Position numbers and translations under genes: made by a program. Of a stretch of DNA of 64,000 bases, positions 38,030-50,609 are shown piece after piece. Source of the stretch: Bispira polyomma (Eukaryota); contig OZ287753.1 of NCBI GenBank assembly GCA_965649765.1, positions 15,810,001 to 15,874,000 of the forward strand, read 5' to 3'. Each line of letters starts with the position of its first letter. Position 1 is the stretch's first letter. The notes under the pieces were generated by a model. The model was not told where the DNA came from. It ran no database searches and worked only from the letters and a program-made list of their open reading frames with translations.

Positions 38030-41000
38030 TTAGATTCCTATTGCAGATTTAAAAACCTATATAATTGGTTTCCCCATACAGGGACCCCAAGTTCAAATCA
38101 CATGCAACTCTAAGACACATATAGTTATGTCCCATTCTCAGTTAACTTTCTAATATGAACAATTTTAAGTGTGGAATGGTCAATTTACAGTAGGTTTAGG
38201 GTACTCTGTCACCTCAGATTCCTATTGAGGATTTAAAAACCTATGTAATTGTTGTTTACATTGAGAGACTCTTAACTTTAAATCACATACAACCATAGGA
38301 CACATATTGTTACTGTTCCATTGTCAGTTAAATCTCAAATATAAATAATTTTAGGTGTGGAAATGGTCAATTTACTGTAGGTTTCAGTGTACTCTGTCAC
38401 ATCAGATTCCTATTGAGAGGTAAAAGACCAATGTAATTGGTGTCTACATTGAGGGACTCTAAGTTCAAATCACATACAACTATGAGACACATATAGTTAT
38501 GTCTGATTCTCAGTAAATTTTCATGTATTAATAATTTTAGGTGTGGAAATAGTAAATTTACAGTACATTCTAGGATACTATGTATCCTTAGACTCCTATT
38601 AGGGAGTTTAAGACCTATGTAATTGGTGTCCCAATTCAGGGACCCTAAGTTCAATTTACATACAACTATGAGACACATATAGTTATGTCCCATTCTCAGT
38701 TAAATTTCAAATATAAACAATTTTAGGTGTGCAAATGGTCAATTTACAGTGGGTTTTAGTGTACTCAGGGTTCGATGTTTGCGATAGTCTGGTAGTCCGA
38801 GACTACCAAAAATTGAAACGGACTACTAAACCCCTTGTAAAAGGTAGTCCGACAGACTACTTCATATAATTTAACATATATCAGCGAATTTTTACCTTAA
38901 CTTCAACCAACACTGCAAATATGATGTTTAAATGAGGAAAAGACACAGCTCTAAAATCGCCCAATTCTAGGGAGGTAGCTTGAAAATTGCCTAAATCTTG
39001 GAAGGTAGCTTGAAAATTGCCTAAATCCTAAGAAGTAGTAATATTTTAGTAGTGATCAATAATTTTTATTGGTTTGTGGTTTCCATGTCAATACTTCTGC
39101 CAATAGTATTTAATTTTACAATTTCAAACTGTAAGGACTCTGATTTTTGGCCTGATAACTTACTAAATGGCCAGCAATAAAAAACAAGGCACAATCTCCT
39201 TTTTTTTCTGGAGCTCAGCCCCACCTAAACAGTGGTGTGTTACCTGGTTTGTAATACTCCTAGATCCTGTGGTATGTTACCTGGCTTCTAATATTCACTC
39301 TATCTTGCACCGTTATAGGTCACTCTAATAGATTGACTACATTTCGGCTGGACTACCAACTTTTTGTTCGGACTACCAAAAATTAAAATCAGGTAGTCCA
39401 GCAGACTACCACCATATTTTGTGAACATCTAACCCTGGTACTCTGTCACCTCAGATTCCTATTGAGGATTTAAACACCTATGTAATTGCTGTCCATATTC
39501 AGGGACACCTAGTTCAAATCACATACAACTATAAGACACATATACTTATGTCCAATTCTCAAATTATTTTCAAATATGAACAAGCTTATGTGTGGAAATA
39601 CTCAAAATGCCTTAGATTTCAGTGTACTCTGTCACCTCAGATTCCTATTGAGGATTTAAAAACCTATGTAATTTTTGTTTACATTGAGGGACTGTAAGTT
39701 CAAATCACATACAACTATGAGACAGATATAGTTATGTCTGATTCTCAGTAAATTTTCATGTATTAATAATTTTAAGTGTGAAAATAGTCAATTTACAGTA
39801 CATTTTAGGATGCTATGTATCCTAAGACTCCTATTAGGGAGGTTAAAACCTATGTAATTGGTGTCCAAATTCAGGGACCCTAAGTTCAAATCACATGCAA
39901 CTATAAGACACAAAAAGGTATGTCCCATTCTCAGTTAACATTCTAATATGAACAATTTTAAGTGTGGAAATGGTCAATTTACAGTAGGTTTCAGTGTACT
40001 CTGTCACCTCAAATTCCTATAAAGAGGTAAAAGACCAATGTAATTGGTGTCTACATTGAGGGACTCTAAGTACAAATCACATACAACTATGAGACAGATA
40101 TAGTTATGTCCCATTCTCAGTTAAATTTCAAATATAAACAATTTTAGGTGTGAAAATGGTCAATTTACTGTAGGTTTCAGTGTACTCTGTCACCTCAGAT
40201 TCCTTTTGAGGATTTAAAAACCTATGTAATTGTTGTTTACATTAAGGGACTCTAAGTTCAAATCATATACAACTATGAGACACATATATATAGTTATGTC
40301 CCATTCTCAGTAAATTTTCATATATAAATAATTTTAGGTGTGAAAATAGTCAATTTACAGTACATTTTAGGATGCTATGTATCCTAAGACTCCTATTAGG
40401 GAGGTTAAAACCTATGTAATTGGTGTCCCAATTCAGGGACCCTAAGTTCAAATCACATGCAACTATAAGACACATATAGTTATGTCCCATTCTCAGTTAA
40501 CTTTCTAATATGAACAATTTTAAGTGTGGAAATGGTCAATTTACAGTAGGTTTCAGTGTACTCTGTCACCTCAAATTCCTATAAAGAGGTAAAAGACCAA
40601 TGTAATTGGTGTCTACATTGAGGGATTCTAAGCATAAATCACATACAACTATGAGACACATATAGTTATGTTGCATTCTCACATTATTTACAAATATGAA
40701 CAAGCTTAGGTGTGGAAATACTGAAAATGCCTTAGATTTCAGTGTACTCTGTCACCTCAGATTCCTATTGAGGATTTAAAAACCTATGTAATTTTTGTCT
40801 CCTTAGATTCCTATTAGGGAGGTTAAAATCTATGTAATTGGTGTCCCAATTCAGGGACCCAAAGTTCAATTCACATACAACTATGGGACACAAAAAGATA
40901 TATCCCATTCTCAGTTAAATTTCAAAAATAATCAATTTAAGGTGTGAAAATGGTCAATTTGCAGAAGTTTTAGTGTACTCTGTCACCTCAGATTCCTTTT

Positions 41001-41330
41001 GAGGATTTAAAAACCTTTGTAATTGTTGTTTACATTGAGGGACACTAAGCTCAAATCACATACAACTATGAGACACATATAGTTATGTCCCATTCTAACA
41101 TCATTTTCAAATATAAACAAGCTTAGGTGTGGAAATACTCAAAATGCCTTAGATTTGAGGGCACTTTGTCACCTCAGATTCCTATGGATATACTCAACAT
41201 AAAGTAAGGTCATCTGTCACATCAGATTCTTGTTGTATAGTTAAAGACCTTTGTAATTGATGACCAAACTTAGGGACACTAATTTCAAGTCACATAGAAC
41301 TATGAGATAAATATAGTTAAGTCTTATTCT
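38030..41330. repeat. ~187-bp satellite array with a local 3-mer (562-bp) higher-order repeat
   Basis: Units contain GTACTCTGTCACCTCAGATTCCTATTGAGG...AAATCACATACAACTATGAGACACATATAGTTATGTCCCATTCTCAG. A diagnostic variant recurs at 39796 and 40358. Confidence 0.92.
38766..39437. mobile_element. Non-autonomous TIR element with a 5-bp TSD (hAT5-like)
   Basis: TIRs CAGGGTTCGATGTT and AACATCTAACCCTG (13/14). GTACT is duplicated at 38761-38765 and 39438-39442. Multiple GACTAC/GTAGTC subterminal repeats. Confidence 0.85.
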
Positions 41331-41334
41331 AATT

Positions 41335-42545
41335 AAGGTGGAGATTTGATATATATCTTAGGAAGTAAAAGCCTAACTTAAGGGGACATTTAGGGTATAT
41401 CTTAGGTTGAAAAAAACCTAACTAAAGTGGACATTAGGGGTATATCTTGTGATGGAAAAACTTAAACTTAGGTGGACATTTAGTGTATATCTTGCAATGT
41501 AAAAAACTAATTTAAGTGGACATTTAGTGTTTATCTTGTGATGGAAAAACCTTACTTAAGTGGACATTTAGGCTATATCTTGTGATGGAAAAACCTCACT
41601 TAAGTGGACATTTATTGTATATCTCAGGATGAAAAAGCCTAACTCAAGCAGACATTTAGTGTATATCTTGTGATGTAAAAACCTAACTTAAGTGGACATT
41701 TAGCGTATATCTTTTGATGGAAAAACTTTACTCAAGTGGACATTTAGTGTATATCTTAGGATGTAAAAACCTAACTTAAGAGGACATTAAGGGTATATCT
41801 TGTGATGGAAAAACCTAAATCAAGTGGACATTTAGTGTATATCTTAGGATGTAAAAACCTAACTTAAGTGGACATTAAGGGTATATCTTAGGTTGTAAAA
41901 ACCTAACTTATGTGGACATTCAGTGTATGTCTTAGGATGAAAAAACCTAGCTTAAGTAGACATTTAGGCTATATCTTGTGATTGAAAAACCTAACTCAAG
42001 TGGACATTTAGTGTATATCTTGTAATGGAAAAACCTAACTTAAGTGGACATTTAGTGTATATCTTAGGATGTAAAAACCTAACTTAAGTAGACACTAAGG
42101 GTATATCTTGTGATGGAAAAACCTAACTTAAGTGGACATTTAGTGTATATCTTAGGTTGTAAAAACCTAACTTATGTGGACATTCAGTGTATGTCTTAGG
42201 ATGAAAAAACCTAGCTTAAGTAGACATTTAGGCTATATCTTGTGATTGAAAAACCTAACTCAAGTGGACATTTAGTGTATATCTTGTAATGGAAAAAACT
42301 AACTTGAGTGGACATTTAGTGTATATCTTAGGATGTAAAAACCTAACTTAAGTGGACATTAAGGGTATATCTTGTGATGGAAAAACCTAACTTAAGTGGA
42401 CATTTAGTGTATATCTTAGGTTGTAAAAACCTAACTTATGTGGACATTTAGTGTATATCTTGTGATGGAAAAAGCTAACTTAAGTGGACATTTAATGTAT
42501 ATCTTAGGATGTAATAAAGGCCTAACTTAACTTGGCATATAGTGT
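41335..42545. repeat. 44-bp satellite (~27 copies) with a 264-bp (6-mer) higher-order repeat
   Basis: Consensus AAAAACCTAACTTAAGTGGACATTTAGTGTATATCTTGTGATGG. The variant CTTATGTGG has its TGTGG at 41911, 42175 and 42439. Confidence 0.93.
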
Positions 42546-43261
42546 ACACTTTGATATATAATCTAAAATATTGATAAGCAGCTCTATTTTTAATGGACGT
42601 AGAATTTGAGATATAATTAATTAATTAAAGATATTATTTAATAATATAAGATATTTTGAAGAAGTATCAATATTGAATTTTTTAAACGATAATGATCTAT
42701 ATTTTCAACTTAAACATTTCAGGTAGCGGCCATAATCATTACACATATTTTTGTGAGAATGTAAGATGAATATCTTTTACAAGGCTATTTCTTTATTGTA
42801 AATGATTGTTTTAAGACTTTTGAAAGTTCTAACACATTTGAAAACAGCTGTAAATGTGTTGACCTAAATATAATGTGTTCATTAAGTTTTCATAATACCC
42901 ACCCTGTTTTTAAAATTTGTGATTAAGAAAATATAATTACAAAACTTGCTATATTTTTAAAATTAACATTGGTGAATTTACAAAATAGTGCAAACTTTAT
43001 TTTTTCCATTCTTATCTTATTTATATTTCACATCCCTGTATGTAATAATGTGCACTTAATGTGGTTGTTTTTACATCACTTAAGGAGACAGTCTACATAA
43101 TGATGATTTTAAGTGGTGAAAACATTAAGTAGACATTTTAAGGTAGACAGTTGGGTGATATCTTTTAGTTCTGATTAAAACTCTTAAGTGAATATATATT
43201 TGATATCCCCAGCCAAAAATTAAGAAATTTTTAAAAATTGATATTATTATAATTACAAATT

Positions 43262-44700
43262 TTGCGGCAGTAAAGTTACTTAAGCCCAATAAGAATGACA
43301 GTAAAGCTCAAAATATGTCTAATTTTGTGTTAAATGCTCCCCATAAATTTTTTGTTTGTGTATCATTATTGTTTACAAGTGTGTTTAAACATGGTTTTGT
43401 TCCAGATGAAATGCTTACTGGTACTATAGTTCCCATACCAAAAAATAAGCGGAAATCACTAAGTGACTCAAGTAACTACCGCTCCATTGCCTTAAGCAGT
43501 ATTTTTGGTAAATTATTTGACAATATACTTTTAAATAGTAATAAACATGTATTTGAAACATCAGATTTACAGTATGGTTTTAAATCTAAACATTCAACAG
43601 TGCAGTGTTCCTTTGTAGTGAATGAAGTTGTACAATATTATATTAACAAAAATAGCAACATTTACAGTATGTTACTCGATGCATCGCAGGCATTTGACAG
43701 AGTAGAATATGTTAAATTATGTAAATTGTTGTTAAGTAAAGGTATTTGTGGCATAGTAGCACGTTTTCTGGCTAATATGTATACTCGGCATTATCTTAAG
43801 ATTAAATGGGGCTCTGCAGTGTCAGATGTATTTTTAGTTAAGAATGGTGTCAAACAAGGTGGAGTACTATCACCTTTTCTGTTTTGTGTATATATTGATG
43901 AGCTTTTTAATAGATTGAAAAAATGTGGTTTTGGATGTTATATTGGTAAAACTTTTGTAGGTGGGCTCGGTTACGCAGATGACGTAACCCTGTTAGCTCC
44001 TACAATGACAAGTTTAAAACGTATGCTTAATATTGTTAGTCAGTATGGAAAAGAATATAATGTCAATTTTAATCCTGGAAAAAGCCAGTTCATTGTATTT
44101 GGTCAGAGTATAAACAAGCAAGTAACCGTCACTTTTGACAAGGTTAATATTCAAAGTGTAAATAACGCAGGTCACCTTGGAAATAACATAGGGTCTAATT
44201 CATCTGAAGTTCAGGTTAGGAATTTATGTCAAGACTTTGTAACCAGAATTAATTTTTTAATTGCTCTCTCAATTTAGTTACTGTACATCAGATGTTAAAT
44301 ATCAGTTAGTAAGAAGGTATTGTATGTCTCTATATGGGTCTGTACTTTGTGATTTTACATCAGAAGCTACTAATGTTCTTTTTACAACTTGGAGAAAATG
44401 TATACGTAGATTACTTAATCTGGATCCAAAAACCCATGGTATATATTTACCCTTAATATTTGAAGATACACCAATTAATGCTCAGTTGCATAAAAGATTT
44501 ATCAAGTTCATGAAGAGAATGGTCATAATTCAATTACGAAGTTATGTGCCAGCCTAGCTCAATGGTAGTAAATCTGTAGTTTGTAAAAATATAAATTTTA
44601 TTAGATTCAAATATGGTATCAGCTTGGATAATAGTATGTCCTACTGTAATGACTTTATCCATAATTGTATAAAGAAAATATGTTTTAAAGGTTGTACAAC
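43262..44700 (+). mobile_element. 5'-truncated Proto2/RTE-X-like LINE (RT and C-terminus)
   Basis: ORFs 43315-44277 (IPKNKRKSL..SSNYRSIAL, LDASQAFD, KQGGVLSPFLF, YADD) and 44261-44557 (YCMSLYGSVL). Same group as 21017-24500 but clearly diverged from it. Confidence 0.87.
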
Positions 44701-44850
44701 TGAAATGTATGCACCACTTTAGTAAGGGTAAGGCTAAAGGTGAAAGGGTAAAGGCAGTTGCTAAAATATACTGCCTGCACCTACCCCCCTCCTCTTACCC
44801 ACCTCCCACCCCCTTGCCCTGCTGTTTCTCTTACGTACTCCTCATTTATT

Positions 44851-45038
44851 GGTTGGATTTGAAAGTTCAAATGATGTCATATATCTGACGTCTAAATGAC
44901 ATCCTATTTCTAATGTCATTTAGACGACAGAAGCATGATGTCATTCCAACTTTCAAATCCAACCTGAAAAAGATGTCAGTTAGACATCGGGGTGGTACGT
45001 CATTTAGACATCATATCGACATCCTTTTGCCCACTGGG
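44851..45038. mobile_element. End of an EnSpm/CMC-like non-autonomous element
   Basis: Inverted repeat GGTTGGATTTGAAAGTT / AACTTTCAAATCCAACC, many GACATC/GATGTC subterminal motifs, and a terminus ...TGCCCACTGGG. The other end was not found. Confidence 0.45.
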
Positions 45039-45480
45039 TATGCTTCTTCATCTAACTCTGACCCTTTGTTGTTTTGTGAAGTGTCCTGTTTGGACAAGTG
45101 AGCATGTTTAGGTTTAGTTTGTCTGATGGAAAATATTTCTTAGAAAGTTTGTTCAACTTGTGTTTGATTTGAACATTCTTGGACTCTTTAGCTGTTGGTG
45201 TAGTGATTACATTACTTTTGTAAGTAATTGGTCATGGGTTATCTTGTGAATCTAGTGTGATGTAAGATTCCCTGTTTTTATGGTGTTTTTCTGCTTTTAG
45301 TGTATTTGGCTTCTGGTCATCTACCAAGGTGGTTTCATTTGTTTTCTTTGGTACTGATGTAATGACTGCAGTATTATTTGTGCTTATATGGGCCTTCAAA
45401 TTTTCGTGGTAGGTTAAAGAATAATGCCATCATCTAGACTATCAATGTATATTCGATCAAAAATGATCATGGGCTCTGTA

Positions 45481-45924
45481 TTAGTAGGTACATGTGTTTT
45501 GGTGCCATGTGTTTGTGCTATTATCTTTCATACGTTTATAAGGGGTGTTTGTGCCCACATGTTGTGTTATTTTGGGGACAGGCAATATTGTGATACAAGT
45601 TTGTGTACTCATATTTTTAGTACCTAGTTCAGAGCTAGTTGAAGGTTGTTGAAGTAAGTCCATCTCATCTAGGATATTAACTAGGAAACAGATAGTGTAA
45701 TTTTCTTCTTTTAGATTAATGACAACTGCCGTTGGCTGTTGGTTAGAGGTTGATGTTCGATGTTTCTGTATGACATGTTTCTTCAGATCCTTGGGTCGTT
45801 TATATTGAAGTTGACAAAACTGACAATTATGTGAGCCATGCATATGTTGGTTATGATATGTCTGTTCATATAGTATTGTTGCTTGAATGATTTGCGGCAA
45901 ATATGGCACACAGAATGTTGATAG
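45481..45924 (-). pseudogene. Frameshifted double C2H2 zinc-finger exon or relic
   Basis: ttttttttcAG acceptor, then CHICRKSFKQQYYMNRHIIT (1-bp frameshift near 45848), then QHMHGSHNCQFCQLQYKRPKDLKKHVIQKH. Confidence 0.65.
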
Positions 45925-47104
45925 CTGAAAAAAATAAAGTGTGTTTATTTAGTTTAGATATCAACTCTATATAATGCTATAGCGAATATTTTTGATGTCC
46001 CTGTTTATTTTTTAGTCCAGTTAATTGGGATAATATATTGATATGATAATGTTCTAATTAGTTACTATAATATTAGATAGTACACAGTGTCCCAAACAAA
46101 ATAAAAACACTAGTGTCTAATCATTTAACTTCAAAAAACACACAATATCACATGAAATTTAGTGTCATACAATGGTTGAGAAATAAAATGGGCCTAGACA
46201 GCACCAACAGGTGCAGGCGACGAGAAATGCACCTTATCTGGGACATCCCTACAATTGCACCAACTGGCATGAACCAATATATATAATTCTATCTCTCTTA
46301 ATGTTGGAAATAGTGCCACCAACACCATACTTTTGTGACGGTTAAAAGTATGTCAAGTTTTAAAATATATAATAATTTAAAAGCACCCATCACACGTGAT
46401 GCACATAAACATAAGACTAAAAAAAACTAGTCACACAAACCAATACCAGTGTATTTGGAAGACTCCAACGAACTGAAAGAGTCAGACATATATTAGTCTG
46501 AATTAACAATAATCACAAAATAGCCCCCTATGGCCACAATGTATTATAGACAACCAAACCATTCACAACCTCTGAATGTTTCTATTTCAGAATACATGAA
46601 TTATAATATCCACATTTTATGGCCTATACTACCATCCTTATTGTAAATCCGAGTTTAGTTTCCACAGTACTAAGAAGCCCTTATTCTGTAAGTGCCATTA
46701 TTATCGTTAATTTCGGAGGCAAAATGATAAATGCCACAACTAAAGCTAGGAACCTGGATTTCAGACACCTAATTGCCTAGCAGGGGCAGGTTCCCCTTAG
46801 CAGAGCTCCTAATGCTCCCCGGTAGCCCACACCAGACGGTAGTTTACTAAGAGGAACCTGGCCCAACACAGTCTGGAATTTCAACCCGTCACCCATAATC
46901 TGAAAAGATTAAAAAAATTTTGAAGACGTATAATATCTGCTACTCCAATTGAAACCACATAAGGATGTTGCTTTTTAGTTAATTGATATTTTTAAGCATA
47001 AATGTTGCATGAATTTGTGTCTAACTTGGTTAACCCACATCATAAACTGGCCAATAAACTCAACAAGTGTCTATTTCTCAACCTATGTGCTAACAATTGT
47101 CTAC

Positions 47105-47209
47105 TTAAATTTTTTTACTTTTATAGCGCCACAATCGATGACCAGGCATCCTCTGTGGCGCATATCCTAGTAAGTATGCAAGAGCATAGTCCGGCAGACG
47201 GAAAAAGGT
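47105..47209 (-). mobile_element. L2-type 3' tail fragment
   Basis: Minus strand TGCGCC..AGAGGATGCCTGG...GCGCTATAAAA resembles the tails at ~53090 and ~58200. Confidence 0.5.
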
Positions 47210-49190
47210 TGTGATCAGAGAATTAGTCGCGAAAGCCTGGCCACAGAGTAGGGTTTATTGAGTTGGTGTGCTATATGAACTGCTATACTGTGAAACACTT
47301 TCTTTCTTTTCCTGTGGATATAAACTGATTATTATATACGTTTTGTGGTGAACGCATTGGAGTGAACTGGATTTAAAGTTGTGGATCTACCAGGGATTGG
47401 ATTTGCTGCATATTGGATATTGTTTGCATCCTGGACTGGATACCTTAGTTGTACAGACTCTCTAGATATATACATTTTGTGTTCGTGGACACCGAACGGA
47501 TAACAGGATACAGGCATTGTGTGTTAGTGGACACCGAGCGGATCTCAAGACAGATTGCTGGATACAGTGGACAAACTTGTTTAGTTGTTAGTTATATGGA
47601 CAGGACTGTGATCAGGTCAGATTGGTTTCATTATTGTATTATTGTACAAACTATTAAGAGTATCCCAGTTGACTTTAATTGTGTAATTGTTATTTTAATT
47701 GTTAAATACATTTGTTAAGTGAAACTTTTTGTCTTTTCCTGTTACAACTGGAAAGCAACCAGTAATTGCTACAGCGCTTACTCCCATGACCGTAACACAC
47801 CTAACAGGGCACATTAAAAGAGCTTGCATGAAGAAAAGAAGACGATATGTCAATCAAGGTGTTAAGCCAAAGAGTCAACATAGACAAGATTACCAAAAGA
47901 AAGTACATAAATTGGATGAAAAGTCATGTAGTAGCTCGTCTGATGATAACCCACTTCAGTCATGTTTAAAACAATCACTGGTCAGTTAGTGAAGCCAGTG
48001 GGGAAAATTTTAGATCATGTTAAAATAAATGGTAAGCACAAGAGACTGTCTTTGTTTGTAGTTGGGTAGAGACTGGTTGAGAGAAATCAGGCTAAACAAG
48101 ACAAGTGATGAAATGTGCTGTAACACAGAACCCAACCACCAACACAGAAAAACTTGACAGCCTTGTGAAAGAGTTAATGATAAACACAAGAGACTTTTCT
48201 GACTGGGTGTTGGTAAACTGAAGCACCTAACTGCAAAATTCAGGTGCAAGCCAGGCAGTACACTTAAATTTATCAAGATCAGATCAATCCCATTTTCACT
48301 GAAGAAAAAGGTTGGTGATGAATTAGACTGTCTAGAATCTCACGGGATCATATCAAAAATATCAGATTCTGAATGGGCATCACCCATTGTTTGTGTGCCA
48401 AAGAAAAATGGTGATGTTCGCATTTGTGCTGATTTTAAAGCAACTTTAAATCCCGCACTGATTCCTGAACAGTACCCATTGCCAAAGATACAAGATTTGT
48501 GTTCATCATTCAAGGGACAGAAATTTACAAAGATAGACTTAACTAAAGCCTATCATTGCATGAGTGTTGATCCAGAGCACAGAAAATATCTATGCATCTT
48601 GACACACAAATCACTATATGTCTACACAATTCCTCTAGGGATCACTTATGGACATTACCTATGTGATCACTGATGCCAGTGCAAAATAGCAAAAAATTGT
48701 GTTGAATGGGATATACAATGTGATTGTGAACCAAGATGACATATGCATCACCGGTGCCAATGATGATGAGCATTTGCAACTCTATCTCGAGTTTTCACCA
48801 GGCTTGAAGAGTATGAATTAAGATGAAATGTTGTAAAATACACATTTGTGCAACCTTCTGTTGTTTTATGTGGACACCGTATCACAGAGCAAGGCATACA
48901 GCAGGAAGAAGATAAAATCAAAGCCATTACTAATGCTCCCAGCCCCACAAATCTAAAGGAATTACATAGCTTACTTTTGGGGTTCATCAATTACTATAAC
49001 CGCTTTGTCCCCAACGTCTCACAAATTCGAAATCACAATATGACCTCACTTTGAATCATGTGGAGTGGCAGTGGACAAGTGCACACGAAACTGCCTTCAC
49101 ACAGGCAAAACGAGAAATAGCAGGCGACCGAGTACTTGCTCACTATGATCCGACTTTGCCTGTGTATGTACAGTGTGATGCAGATTCGGT
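47210..49190 (+). mobile_element. Degenerate Ty3/Gypsy LTR retrotransposon (putative 5' LTR, gag knuckle, RT, start of RNase H)
   Basis: Putative LTR TGT...TTACA (47210-47746) followed by ACTGG (PBS-like). Motifs GHIKRAC, SEWASPIVCVPKKNGDVRICADFK, YPLPKIQDL, FTKIDL..AYH and LAHYDPTLPVYVQCDA; many disruptions. Confidence 0.85.
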
Positions 49191-49298
49191 GTCCCTGATA
49201 ATGTTTGCTAATTCTATCATTTGCTGTGGAGAAGTTATATGTATAAGAGCCCTGTCGGGCCCTTGAAATTGAAATTTTGTTTCTGATAAAGCCAGAAA

Positions 49299-49552
49299 TT
49301 TTATTTTAAATTTGGATATTTAACGTCCACTCTAGTACCTGTTTAGGTTATATTGGGATGGGTAGTTGGAAACGCTGGAGGAAACACTGCATACAGTTGA
49401 TCAAGGTTCTGCATTGAAACCAGCGGCCCACAGTAAGGAACTACCACCTTTCTCACATAGGCATCAACAGGATTCAAACTCACACTGCCCAGAGGTGAGA
49501 GACCAGTGATTGTGAAGGGCAATGCTTGCTAACTACTAGGCCACCGCGGCAC
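49299..49552 (-). mobile_element. tRNA-derived SINE, copy 3, with 14-bp TSD
   Basis: High similarity to copy 1. GATAAAGCCAGAAA is duplicated at 49285-49298 and 49553-49566. Confidence 0.9.
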
Positions 49553-49979
49553 GATAAAGCCAGAAAACCCCTACTTTCATCCTGTAAATTGAAATAGGTA
49601 CAGTGGTAGCACCCGTGGTACGAACACAGTCAAACTCTTTAAGTTCTGGAGAAAAGTGGAACAGCCATAGCTTACCTTTGTTGCAGATTTAAACTGCATT
49701 TACCTCTGTGGGTCTAACCTTATTGACTGGGGACGCTTTATCGTCCCTGTAGTTAGCCAACAATTTTTTAATGACATCAATTACATAATCAGTATAATCA
49801 ACACTAAAATTTTCTTTATAATAAAGTCTCTTTGAAAATTATGCCAAGCATTTTTACCAGTATGTCTGCAATTGGCTTCCATACTTTCCACATGATCATA
49901 TTCAGTGTCTGCTTGTTGGGCTATCAGTGTGACATAGCTGTTAACCGTTTTAATGACCACAATCTCATTGACAATCTCA

Positions 49980-50560
49980 CTGACAATTTCAACGACAACA
50001 CAACTTGTTGTATAACTTCGCCTGAAACTACGGGATCTGTAATTTGTAATGTGTTAGCCAGTTGGCCGGATGCCCACTGGGGTATAGAAAGTTTATCATA
50101 AAGTGAGCGTTTCCTGGCAGAACTGCCGGTCCAACTCAGAGTTTGGGGTTATTTAAGGGAATGTCTGTGCTGTTAAAGCGACCCAACTTCTGGGAAAGGG
50201 CTGCCTTACCTTGTGTGAAGATGGCTTGAGCTTGGAGAATATATTCTGTCAAACACTGGTTTACCATAACCTGGACATCGGCCATGGATTCGGGAATGTT
50301 CGTTTGTGGAACAATTCAGTCTCTAACATAGTCCCGTTTCCGATGAGAGAACCTTGAAGTGGCTGTGTGAGATGAGCCGTGGTCCTGGGCACCAAAGCAG
50401 TCTGTAGTGGCACTCGAGATGCATGTAAATGTGGGAACGTTGTCTGGATATTTGTGTCCCTAGTTTTTACTCTGTGTAGCCAACGTGTAAGTACAGCATT
50501 CGATTGCTCTAATTGTCTAATATGGACAGCATTTCTGAGTTGTCTGACTCGACACCCACC
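49980..50560 (-). mobile_element. DIRS-like (tyrosine-recombinase retrotransposon) gag relic
   Basis: Minus strand reads QGKAALSQKLGRFNSTD...YDKLSIPQWASGQLANTLQITDPVV...QVVLSLK, resembling the gag core of invertebrate DIRS-like elements. Confidence 0.55.
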
Positions 50561-50609
50561 ATCAGAAAGTGCTTCAACAACTGGCCGAAGTTGAAATTAG
50601 CTTGAATAA

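Noticed and set aside
41335-42545. Regular short repeats as a CRISPR array (also considered for 26425-29660)
   Set aside because: The units are head-to-tail with no unique spacers, the context is eukaryotic and there are no cas genes; these are satellites.
21017-44700. The two oppositely oriented Proto2-like LINEs as ends of one composite or inverted duplication
   Set aside because: Their proteins are clearly diverged, so they are independent insertions.
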